Source: a bacterium
Lineage (GTDB): Bacteria > JAMOTN01
Length of the DNA stretch: 34,793 nt
Reading direction: 5' to 3'
Assembly (NCBI GenBank): GCA_027062325.1
Contig: JAMOTN010000042.1
Coordinates: forward strand, 1-34,793
The position numbers were made by a program, and so were the translations under genes. Of this stretch, positions 15,924-24,711 are shown in pieces; the first letter of the stretch is position 1; each line of letters starts with the position of its first letter. Under the pieces are notes generated by a model, which was not told the DNA's origin, did not search any database, and saw nothing but the letters and a program-made list of their open reading frames with translations.

Positions 15924-17487
15924 ATCAAGGGAAGAGTTAGAGAAAAAGATCACAGACGAGATAGCTAAAACTGGAGATAGAATTGTTGATAAGGTTGTTA
16001 TAAAGCCAAGTTTAATGAAGAGAATAATTGCTTTCATAAAGGAAAAATTAACAGATGAAGTAGAGGATGATCTTTGGTGCGCACGTGTTACTTTTGAAAA
16101 GAGCAAGAGTAATGAGCAGGAGTTTGAGGAGTTGTCTTCTGAAATAAGAAAAAGATTGAGTAGAAAGTATGGAAAACTTGAGGATATCTTGGTAGATGTT
16201 AAATCCGGTTTGGGAAGATTGAATAAAAATAAAGATAGAGGTATTGCTGATTCAAATGTTTCTCAGTTTAGTAATCGAATGGGGAAGAATGACTTGGAAG
16301 ATGTAGGTAAAGTTTTATCCCCTGAAGTTCTTAAGGTTATTAAAGACGTTTTTGAAAATAGAGGTAAAAATGTTCGCAAAAGAAAAAGTCATATAGAACT
16401 TGGGGCAGAAAATGGTGTTTTGAATTCTCTAAGAACTCTTGAAGGTGCTTTGGTAAGTAATAAGAGTAGTTCAAGCAACAAGGTTGTTAATTCTACTTCT
16501 CCAAATAAAGTTGTTGGGAAAAGTGAAAAAAGTGTGGATGTGAAGAGAGACTCTGATGAAAGCTCTTTGCTGAATGATAGGAATATTAATGCGAGTACTT
16601 TACAAGCTGATGTTAAAAAGCATGATAGTAGAGAACTTACAAAAGCTATAAGCTTAACTGGAGAATTGGAAAAGATAGTTCAGAATCTTGCTGACGTTGT
16701 GAATAGTGTGGAAGTTATCTCAAAATCGAGTGTGTTGGATAAGGATCTGAACTTGACTGTGCTTGAAAAGGAGGTTATCAGAAAAGGATTAGGAAGATAT
16801 GGCTTGAGCGAGGATGAGAAAGGAATAGAATTGTTGCTTTCGCGTGTTGTTAGAAAGCGGCTTATAACTTATCCACCTGTGGCTATGATGTTTGTTGGCT
16901 CAACGGGTGTAGGAAAGACAACAACTATTCAAAAGATTACTTTGAAGTTAAGAGAGATGGATATTGCAGCTTCAAAATTGGTTATTGTAACTTTGGATAC
17001 TTTTAAAATAGGTGCAAATAGGCAGATGGAGGCATTTGGCAAAGCTACAGTTATTGCTGTTAAGCAGTTTGTTGACTTTACGAGTTTTGTAGAGTGGTTC
17101 AGCGATTGGAAAGAACGAGATGGTGGTTGGGTGCTTGTTGATACACCTGGGGTGAATTCATTAGCGGAGTCAGATTGGGGATACATAAATGCTGCTGTTG
17201 AGAGAGATTTGGAGGTTATACTGTGCTTGGCGGCTACCGATAAGTTCTATGTTAATAGAAGTATCATTGACAAAGCAATGGAGAAGTTATCAGGGAAGAT
17301 CGGAGGAGTTATCATTACCAAACTGGATGAGGTTGAAAATTTACTTCAGGTGTTACCGATACTTGTTGAGGTTGATGAAAAGTTGTCAGGAGCTGGAATT
17401 TACATGTTTACAACGGGGCAGTCTTTGCAAGGGGGGATTCTTGTTCCGGACGTAGTTAAACTGAAAAGTTATAAAAAGTTGATTTGA
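15877..17487 (+). CDS. flhF: SRP-family GTPase FlhF (long charged N-terminal B region plus G domain)
   Basis: G1 GSTGVGKTTT, G2 DTFKIGA, G3 DTPG, G4 TKLDE and TTGQ; flagellar context; overlaps the end of flhG. Confidence 0.85.
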   Translation: MKEVLRNYRMSFIKARSREELEKKITDEIAKTGDRIVDKVVIKPSLMKRIIAFIKEKLTDEVEDDLWCARVTFEKSKSNEQEFEELSSEIRKRLSRKYGKLEDILVDVKSGLGRLNKNKDRGIADSNVSQFSNRMGKNDLEDVGKVLSPEVLKVIKDVFENRGKNVRKRKSHIELGAENGVLNSLRTLEGALVSNKSSSSNKVVNSTSPNKVVGKSEKSVDVKRDSDESSLLNDRNINASTLQADVKKHDSRELTKAISLTGELEKIVQNLADVVNSVEVISKSSVLDKDLNLTVLEKEVIRKGLGRYGLSEDEKGIELLLSRVVRKRLITYPPVAMMFVGSTGVGKTTTIQKITLKLREMDIAASKLVIVTLDTFKIGANRQMEAFGKATVIAVKQFVDFTSFVEWFSDWKERDGGWVLVDTPGVNSLAESDWGYINAAVERDLEVILCLAATDKFYVNRSIIDKAMEKLSGKIGGVIITKLDEVENLLQVLPILVEVDEKLSGAGIYMFTTGQSLQGGILVPDVVKLKSYKKLI

Positions 17488-17533
17488 ATTAATCTAGATT
17501 GAATTAAGAAGTTGTTGGGAGGATGAGGAGAAG

Positions 17534-18307
17534 TTGTTTAGAAATGCGAATGTAAAAACAATTCTGTTAATAGTTTTGATAATGTTGGTTTTTTCATGTT
17601 ATGCGCTTCCTGTGTTGCATGTGAAGATACTTGGAAGGTTTGGCAAAGCAGATATTGTAGAGATTGATGGTTGCTATAGCGTAGGTGTTGATTTGGAGCT
17701 TCAAATTAAAGGGTTTTACAACTCTGCCTTTCTAAACTTTAAGGTGTTTAGAGTTCCATTTGAAAAGGATATTGTGTTGCAGCCGGGAAGGTATATTGTT
17801 TCTGTAGTGAGGAGTAATACTGGGGATTTAATAGCTGAAAAGGTCGTGGAGGTTCCGGCAACTGTTGAATTTGTTGTACCCATTAATGATAAAAAAAAGT
17901 CCTCACTTGCTCCTTTGATTTTGAAAAATTGCAAATATGCGTGGGTTGTAAGTTCGAGAGAAGTAAAGTTTGTTAGAAATAAGGTTTTTTTAGTTCCATT
18001 TGAAAGATATGTTATATATAGTCCCTCTTACCACCCTAAAGTTATTTGGATGCCTGCGGAGACCATGGAAGTTGGGCTGGTAAGAGTTGATATGCCTGTG
18101 AAGTTGACTTTGAGAAATCTTTCAGATAGGGTTATTGATATTTCTGTTGCTTCTAAGCTTATCAGATTAAAGCCTAAAGAGATGAACGATGTTGATGTTA
18201 ATTTTGGGGATAACGTAATTTTGGTAATTGATGCTGATAGTAAGAGGGTTTTGAAGGTAGATAGGGTGTTCATAGATACACCATCATTTTGGTATGATTA
18301 CTATTGA
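17534..18307 (+). CDS. Hypothetical secreted, beta-rich protein
   Basis: Signal peptide (KTILLIVLIMLVFSCYA) and a Val-rich mature part with L.PG.Y.VSV; GAGGAG precedes the TTG. Confidence 0.7.
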   Translation: MFRNANVKTILLIVLIMLVFSCYALPVLHVKILGRFGKADIVEIDGCYSVGVDLELQIKGFYNSAFLNFKVFRVPFEKDIVLQPGRYIVSVVRSNTGDLIAEKVVEVPATVEFVVPINDKKKSSLAPLILKNCKYAWVVSSREVKFVRNKVFLVPFERYVIYSPSYHPKVIWMPAETMEVGLVRVDMPVKLTLRNLSDRVIDISVASKLIRLKPKEMNDVDVNFGDNVILVIDADSKRVLKVDRVFIDTPSFWYDYY

Positions 18308-18346
18308 TTTTGGATTTTATGTAGAAACGAGATTGGGAGGTGTAGT

Positions 18347-19183
18347 TTGATGAGTGAAATAAGCAAGTTAAGAGCGATGGTAAATGAGACTGCTTCTTAT
18401 TTGAAAGAAAAAGTAGGAGACGGTTGGCAAGTTGGAATAATACTCGGGTCTGGTTTGGGTGGCTTGGTTGACTATATTGATGATAAGAAAGAAGTTCCTT
18501 ACAGTGAGATACTCAACTTTCCTGTGTCCACGGTTGCAGGCCACAGAGGAGAGCTTGTGTTTGGAAAGATCGGTGAGAAAAAAGTTGTGGCTATGAGTGG
18601 ACGTTTTCACTATTATGAAGGTTGGAATATGCAAGAGGTAACGTTTCCAGTACGCGTTATGAAAGCTTTGGGGATAGAGTTGTTGGTAGTGTCAAATGCT
18701 GCAGGTGGTTTGAATAGGGAGTTTGAAGTTGGTGATTTGATGATAATAACGGATCACATAAATGCTATGGGGACGAATCCTCTAATAGGGCCAAATGATG
18801 ATGAGTTGGGGCCACGTTTTCCCGATATGACCAATTTGTACTCAAAGCGTTTGGTAGCTCTTGCTCAAGAGATAGCCCTTGAAGTTGGAGTTAAGACGAG
18901 GAAGGGAGTCTATGTTGCAGTGACCGGCCCTACTTATGAAACGCCTGCTGAGTGCCGCATGTTTAGAATTTTAGGAGGAGATGCGATTGGAATGTCCACT
19001 GTTCCTGAGGTGATTGTTGCGCGTCATTCGGGTATAAAGGAGATATTTGGAATTTCTGTTATAACTGATATGGCTACAGGGGAAGGGCATCCGGAAGTTA
19101 GCCACGAAGAGGTTTTGAAGGTTGCTCGCTCTGTTGAGCCAAAATTTGTTGAGTTGATAAAGAGACTTATTGAAAGAGCGTAA
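18347..19183 (+). CDS. punA: Purine-nucleoside phosphorylase (trimeric PNP I family)
   Basis: [41 protein letters not shown] and SHEEVL. Confidence 0.95.
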   Translation: MMSEISKLRAMVNETASYLKEKVGDGWQVGIILGSGLGGLVDYIDDKKEVPYSEILNFPVSTVAGHRGELVFGKIGEKKVVAMSGRFHYYEGWNMQEVTFPVRVMKALGIELLVVSNAAGGLNREFEVGDLMIITDHINAMGTNPLIGPNDDELGPRFPDMTNLYSKRLVALAQEIALEVGVKTRKGVYVAVTGPTYETPAECRMFRILGGDAIGMSTVPEVIVARHSGIKEIFGISVITDMATGEGHPEVSHEEVLKVARSVEPKFVELIKRLIERA

Positions 19184-19191
19184 GGGGTGAT

Positions 19192-20265
19192 ATGGTGGAG
19201 TTTGCAAAATTTTTATCAAAGCTTGATGAAGCTGAAAAACGTTTTGATGAAATAGAAAAAGAGCTTGCTTCAATAACTGATACGGAGCGTATAATAGAGC
19301 TTTCACAAAAAAGGGCTGAACTTGAAGAGGTAGTTATGGCTTATCGAGAGTGGAAAAAGAAAAAGGCAGATTACGAGGAGATGAAAGAGCTTCTAGACGC
19401 GGGTGGTGATCCTGAGCTTGAAGATATAGCTAAAGAGGAGTTACCACAGCTTGAAAGGGAGCTTGAAGAACTTGAACAGCGTCTAAAAATCTTACTACTT
19501 CCTAAAGATCCAAATGATGATAAAAACGTAATAATGGAGATAAGAGCAGGGGCTGGCGGAGAAGAGGCTGCTCTCTTTGCTGCGGATCTTTTCAGAATGT
19601 ATTCACGATATGCGGAGAGAAAAGGATGGAACGTGCGTGTAGCTGATGCGAGTGAGACTGACATTGGTGGTTATAAGGAGATAGTTTTCATAATTGAGGG
19701 AAAGGGAGCTTACAGTCGCTTGAAGTTTGAAGGAGGAGTTCACAGGGTTCAAAGAATTCCCGTTACCGAGTCTGGTGGAAGAATACACACCTCTACAGCT
19801 ACAGTTGCTGTGCTCCCTGAGGTTGAAGAGGTTGAAGTGAAAATTGATCCAAAGGATTTGAAGATCGATACTTATAGAGCAAGTGGCCACGGTGGCCAAC
19901 ACGTGAATAAGGTTGAGACTGCTGTGAGAATTACCCACATTCCCACAGGGATTGTAGTGACTTGTCAGGATGAAAGAAGTCAGCATCAAAATAGAGCGCG
20001 TGCGATGAAGATACTTGCAAGTAAGCTATATGAGCTTGAAATGCGAAAGCAGCAAGCAGAGGTAAGTCAAAAGAGAAAACTTCAAGTTGGTACTGGTGAT
20101 AGAAGTGAGAAGATAAGAACATATAACTTTCCGCAACGTCGTGTTACTGATCACAGAATAGGACTCACACTTTACAAACTTGAAGCAGTTTTGGATGGAG
20201 ATTTAGATGAGATAATTGATGCTCTTGTTGCCTTTGATCAGGCAGAAAGATTGAAGGAGTTGTAA
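19192..20265 (+). CDS. prfA: Peptide chain release factor 1
   Basis: [15 protein letters not shown], the RF1 specificity motif PVT ([16 protein letters not shown]), GGQ and [12 protein letters not shown]. Confidence 0.98.
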   Translation: MVEFAKFLSKLDEAEKRFDEIEKELASITDTERIIELSQKRAELEEVVMAYREWKKKKADYEEMKELLDAGGDPELEDIAKEELPQLERELEELEQRLKILLLPKDPNDDKNVIMEIRAGAGGEEAALFAADLFRMYSRYAERKGWNVRVADASETDIGGYKEIVFIIEGKGAYSRLKFEGGVHRVQRIPVTESGGRIHTSTATVAVLPEVEEVEVKIDPKDLKIDTYRASGHGGQHVNKVETAVRITHIPTGIVVTCQDERSQHQNRARAMKILASKLYELEMRKQQAEVSQKRKLQVGTGDRSEKIRTYNFPQRRVTDHRIGLTLYKLEAVLDGDLDEIIDALVAFDQAERLKEL

Positions 20266-20290
20266 ATCCATTCACAAATTTACAAAAGGG

Positions 20291-23008
20291 GTGATTGGTG
20301 TGTTTTTGAAAAAGCGTAAAATGGCAATAAAGATTATTGTTTGGGGGGTTGCGGCAATATTTGTTATTTCTCTGTTTGCTATGGCTGGGAACATATTTTG
20401 GGCAAGACATGCTGCTCGTACTGTTCAGCGGCAGTTTGAAAAAGAGATGATAAAATTATCTCCATCTGATGCGGCAAAGTTATTGATGGAGAGTGGAAGT
20501 TATGAGGTTAAAGCAGAAGATGTAGCAGGTGTACTTAACATGATGAAGCCCGAAAAGAGAAGAAATTTTATGAATAAGAAAGGAATTTACAGTGTGGCGT
20601 ATCAGCTGCTGATGGCCAAGTTTGAGAAGGATAGCATGAAGGGGATAGAGGTTTCTACTTCGGAAGTTAAAAAAGCGGTTGATGAATTAGTTAAAGCGAA
20701 TTTTGGAGATTGGAGTACTTACAATCTTTACCTTAAAAAGGATCCTACTATTAAGGAGAAAATAGAAAAAATTGCGAGAAAACAGGTTCAGCAGAAAAAG
20801 TTTATTGAAAGCATAGTTAGAGAGTTCTTTATAACTGATCAAGACATTTTTGATTATTACGCTGCTCATATAAGTGAGTTTAAAGTGAAGAAGGGAACTC
20901 AAGAGGTAGTGCTTCCTTTGAAGGATGTGCGTGATAAGATAATTGAAGAGCTTAAAAACAGCTTTCCAAAGGATAAGCTCAAGAGATTTTACGAAAAGTT
21001 CAAATACGCTTTTCAAGAGCCTGATAAAGTATTACCAGCAGATATTTATATCAATCCTACCTCTCCGAAGCGATTGAAAGAGGCAGAAGCAAAGATAACT
21101 CCTGAGATGCTCAAGAATTTTTATGAGACTCACAAGTTTGATAAGTACGCTACGCCGCGTAAAGCTTTGGTAGAAGTATGGGTGTTTAATCCTGCCAGTG
21201 TTGAGGTAAGAGTGACAGAGAATGAAGCAAAGAAGTATTGGAGAAACAGTACTAAGTTTAACTATTCGAAGGTTGCTGAATTAGGTGGAATTTATGTTCC
21301 TTATGAGAAGTTCAAAAGACCTCTAACGGAGAAAGAAATAGAAAAGATTTACAACTTTCCAGCAGAAGTTTATGCGCGTCACATCCTAGTCAAGAGTAAA
21401 AAGGAGGCTGAGAGGATAAGAGATGAGATAACTACCCAAATTGCACAAAATCCTGAAAAGGCAGCTGATATATTTGCTGAAGCTGCGCGTAAATACTCCA
21501 TTGGACCGAGCGCAAAGTATGGGGGAAGTTTAGGATGGTTTGGTGTTGATGCTATGGTAGCTCCGTTTGAAATTGTGGCCTTTCAGTTAGCTACAGGTGA
21601 AGTTTCAAAGCCTGTTAGAACTCGTTATGGTTGGCACATTGTGTTTGTGGAGAAGAAAAGGGGGAAGCTTTATAAAGAGCCGATTGAAAAAGTACGTGAT
21701 GAAATTGTTAAAAAATGGAGTGAAAAGTTTGCCAAGTATGAAGCTATGCAGCGAGTTGGAGATATGTTGGAGGAGTTGAGGGATAAAAAAGTTGCCGCAT
21801 CTGTTGCCAATCGTTTCGGATTTATCTATGAGAGGTTAGGTAAGATGTATGATACTCTTCAGCCTGAAAATTCAGAGCTTAAAAGAAAGGCACCCCAGTT
21901 GTTTGAGGGAAGAATAGCTCCATATTTGAAGTCAATGGTTTTCAACTATCCCAAAGATTTAATAGGGCCGTTAACTCTAAAAGATGGTATAGAGGTTCTT
22001 GTTAGATTGGATGTTGCGACTCGAGAAGGTAAATTTAACTTTGATCAGGTGAAAGCTGAATGTTTCAAAGCTGTGGAAAAGCAAAAGAGAGAGGATAAGG
22101 CTTATTCGGAAGCCCAGCAAGTTTCCGAAGCTTTGAAGGAAAAGGGAAGTGTTGAGAAGGTTGGTAAGAAGGTTGAGGTTTGGGAGGAAGGAGCCAATCC
22201 TGATTTGAAGGGAGTGGTGTTTTCTTCATCGTACTTGCCGCAAAAGTTTGTGAATAAAGTGTTTAATAGCCGTATTTTCGGACCGGAAAAGTGCGATTAC
22301 GGTTGGGTAGTGGTGCATGTTTTGAAGGTCTATCCTAAAAAACCAAAGAATTTTGAAGAGGTAAAAGATCAGGTAAAGAAAGATTTAGCGGAGAAAATTG
22401 CAAGAAAAGATGCAATGGAGCTTGCAAATAGATTGGCAAAGATTGTGAATTCTGATAACTTCGGAGAATATGCTAAAAAGTACACGGATGGAGCAGGTGC
22501 TACTGAGGAAGGAGTTTTAGATTGGTGTGATGAAAATACTACTCTGTTTTCGCTTAAGACCAAGCGTGCTAAGAGATTGATGCAGCTATTTGATGGTTGG
22601 ACTGTTGCAGAGAAGATTAAAAACTTCTTATTCTACAACAACGTTGGAACGGTTTCTGGAGCCATTGATACAACGAATGGTTGGCACATTCTTAAAATTA
22701 TGGATAGGAAGCACGGCAAAGTAAAGAGTTTTGATAAAGTTAAGTCTGATCTTGAGAAGTTCCTTCCAATAGTTGTGACTGAAAAGGAAGTTGAAGCTCA
22801 GTTGGAGGCATATCGTAAGAAGTACGGTGCTATGATGAGAGCTCAAGATGAAGATAGAATAAGAGCTCTAATAAGAAAAAGTCTTCTTAACCGTAAGATG
22901 ATGGAGATATACAATCTTTGGTTGGATTCTCAGATAAAGAAGGCTGGTTATAAAGTTTATTGGGATAACTTTGATGTGTTTAAGCGCTGGTTAAAGAACG
23001 AGGAATAG
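20291..23008 (+). CDS. Membrane-anchored multi-parvulin peptidyl-prolyl isomerase/chaperone (PpiD/SurA/PrsA-like)
   Basis: N-terminal TM helix, a SurA-N-like helical region and a canonical parvulin (ARHILV...ARKYS...GGSLGWF...MVAPFE...GEVSKPVRTRYGWHI), plus further degenerate parvulin segments. The start may be GTG 20300. Confidence 0.85.
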   Translation: MIGVFLKKRKMAIKIIVWGVAAIFVISLFAMAGNIFWARHAARTVQRQFEKEMIKLSPSDAAKLLMESGSYEVKAEDVAGVLNMMKPEKRRNFMNKKGIYSVAYQLLMAKFEKDSMKGIEVSTSEVKKAVDELVKANFGDWSTYNLYLKKDPTIKEKIEKIARKQVQQKKFIESIVREFFITDQDIFDYYAAHISEFKVKKGTQEVVLPLKDVRDKIIEELKNSFPKDKLKRFYEKFKYAFQEPDKVLPADIYINPTSPKRLKEAEAKITPEMLKNFYETHKFDKYATPRKALVEVWVFNPASVEVRVTENEAKKYWRNSTKFNYSKVAELGGIYVPYEKFKRPLTEKEIEKIYNFPAEVYARHILVKSKKEAERIRDEITTQIAQNPEKAADIFAEAARKYSIGPSAKYGGSLGWFGVDAMVAPFEIVAFQLATGEVSKPVRTRYGWHIVFVEKKRGKLYKEPIEKVRDEIVKKWSEKFAKYEAMQRVGDMLEELRDKKVAASVANRFGFIYERLGKMYDTLQPENSELKRKAPQLFEGRIAPYLKSMVFNYPKDLIGPLTLKDGIEVLVRLDVATREGKFNFDQVKAECFKAVEKQKREDKAYSEAQQVSEALKEKGSVEKVGKKVEVWEEGANPDLKGVVFSSSYLPQKFVNKVFNSRIFGPEKCDYGWVVVHVLKVYPKKPKNFEEVKDQVKKDLAEKIARKDAMELANRLAKIVNSDNFGEYAKKYTDGAGATEEGVLDWCDENTTLFSLKTKRAKRLMQLFDGWTVAEKIKNFLFYNNVGTVSGAIDTTNGWHILKIMDRKHGKVKSFDKVKSDLEKFLPIVVTEKEVEAQLEAYRKKYGAMMRAQDEDRIRALIRKSLLNRKMMEIYNLWLDSQIKKAGYKVYWDNFDVFKRWLKNEE

Positions 23009-23035
23009 TAGCAGTTGTTGAAAGAGGTGAGGAAC

Positions 23036-23272
23036 TTGCGCCTTGATAAATTTTTGAAGGTGAGTAGAGCTGTTAAGCGACGTACTGTTGCTCAAGAACT
23101 TGCAAAAATGGGGAGAATTATAGTGAATGGAAGGATAGCAAAGCCTTCTTATGAAGTGAAAGAGGGAGATGTGATAGAGGTTGTAGGAGACAGGCTATAC
23201 AGAAAGATTAAAGTTATTGAGGTTGGGGACAAAAAGGCAGTAGTTGAGCTGTTGGATGAGAGGTTTGAGTGA
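23036..23272 (+). CDS. rqcP: S4-domain RNA-binding protein, RqcP/YabO (Hsp15-like)
   Basis: MRLDKFLKVSRAVKRRTVAQE...GRIIVNG..AKPS.EVKEGD. GAGGTGA precedes TTG 23036. Confidence 0.85.
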   Translation: MRLDKFLKVSRAVKRRTVAQELAKMGRIIVNGRIAKPSYEVKEGDVIEVVGDRLYRKIKVIEVGDKKAVVELLDERFE

Positions 23273-23335
23273 GCGGGAGGCTTTGAAAAGGTGAGTTTCA
23301 GTATGTTAAGTTTATTTGGCAATGGGGGTGTTTCT

Positions 23336-24667
23336 ATGTCTGGTAAGATATTTGTTCTTGATACAAATGTGTTGGTGCATGATCCAAATTCCATCTTCAA
23401 CTTTAAGGACAATGATATAGTGATTCCATTTGTTGTGTTGGAAGAGTTGGATCGTCTCAAGACTCGCAGGGATAGCGTTGCAAAGAGTACAAGGCAGGCT
23501 TTAAGAAATCTTGATTCTCTTCGCGAAAAGGGAAATTTAATGAAAGGTGTTGAGCTTGAAAATGGTGGGCGTTTACGAGTTGAGGTGAGAAACCTTGCAG
23601 ATACTTTGAAGGAGCTACCGATAGAAGTGACACCTGACAACTACATACTTGCTGTTGCGTACCAATTGATGAAGGAGAATACTGGTAAGCAAGTGATTTT
23701 AGTTACAAAAGATATAAATATGCGTGTCAAGGCTGATAGTATCGGTTTGAAAGCAGAGGATTACGAGAGTGATAAGGTTAATGTAACCGAAATTCTTAAA
23801 GGTTACGATGTTGTTTACGTTGATGATTCCGTCATAGATGCCTTTTACGAAGCAGGTTCGTATCCTCTTTTAAAACTTCAGGAGTTGTCGGGGAAGGATA
23901 AGGATGGAAAGTGGTTACTTGAGGGATATGAAAACCAGTGTATTCTTCTAAAGGTTGAAAAGAGTGGAAGAAGTGTCCTTGCGAAGGTTAAGGGAGACAA
24001 AGTGGTTCCAATATTCCATCAGGGTGTCAAGCCTTGGGGAATAAGTGCGAGAAACTTAGAGCAGGCGTTTGCACTTGAGCTTTTGATGTGTGATGATGTG
24101 AAGATAGTCTTTTTGATTGGGAAAGCAGGAACTGGTAAAACTTTGCTTGCGTTGGCAACAGGGCTTCATAAAGTTTTAGAGGAAAGAAGTTATACTAAGC
24201 TTTTAGTGGCGCGTCCCGTTATTCCAATGGGGCAGGATATAGGCTATCTTCCGGGTGGTAAAGATGAAAAGCTGCGTTACTGGATGCAGCCGATTACTGA
24301 TAATCTTGAGTTGTTATTCGGTGGTGATATGGAGAATTATGAGATGTGGCATGATAAGGGAGTTATCGAAGTTGAGGCTTTGACGTATATCCGTGGAAGG
24401 AGCCTTCCAAACTGTTTCTTCATCATTGATGAAGCTCAAAATTTGACTCCTCATGAGGTTAAGACTATTATTACGCGTGCTGGTGAGGGATCAAAAATCA
24501 TCTTGACTGGAGATCCATATCAGATTGACAATCCGTACCTTGATGAGATGAGCAATGGCTTGACTTATGCGGCCCAAAAGTTTAAGGGGCAAAAGGTGGC
24601 TGGATTTATAGCCCTTCAAAAGGGAGAGAGAAGTGAGCTTGCCTCTTTAGCTGCTGAGCTTTTGTAG
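23336..24667 (+). CDS. PhoH2/YlaK-type PIN-domain plus PhoH ATPase protein
   Basis: PIN motifs VLDTNVL, VLEELD, DNYIL and LVTKDINMR; PhoH motifs GKAGTGKT, YIRGRS, IIDEAQN, ITRAGEGSK and GDPYQID. Confidence 0.93.
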   Translation: MSGKIFVLDTNVLVHDPNSIFNFKDNDIVIPFVVLEELDRLKTRRDSVAKSTRQALRNLDSLREKGNLMKGVELENGGRLRVEVRNLADTLKELPIEVTPDNYILAVAYQLMKENTGKQVILVTKDINMRVKADSIGLKAEDYESDKVNVTEILKGYDVVYVDDSVIDAFYEAGSYPLLKLQELSGKDKDGKWLLEGYENQCILLKVEKSGRSVLAKVKGDKVVPIFHQGVKPWGISARNLEQAFALELLMCDDVKIVFLIGKAGTGKTLLALATGLHKVLEERSYTKLLVARPVIPMGQDIGYLPGGKDEKLRYWMQPITDNLELLFGGDMENYEMWHDKGVIEVEALTYIRGRSLPNCFFIIDEAQNLTPHEVKTIITRAGEGSKIILTGDPYQIDNPYLDEMSNGLTYAAQKFKGQKVAGFIALQKGERSELASLAAELL

Positions 24668-24711
24668 ATTTGAAGTGGCTTATGTTTGTGTTTGGTAAGG
24701 AGGGGGCTAAT

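Noticed and set aside
17484..17507. TTGAATTAA direct repeat flanking the palindrome AATCTAGATT after flhF
   Set aside because: Short and AT-only with no GC stem or U-tract, so not supportable as a terminator or operator.
23006..23335. PPIase, rqcP and phoH2 share one reading frame (possible readthrough polyprotein)
   Set aside because: The PPIase ends in tandem TAG TAG, each downstream gene has its own RBS, and a shared frame is expected by chance.
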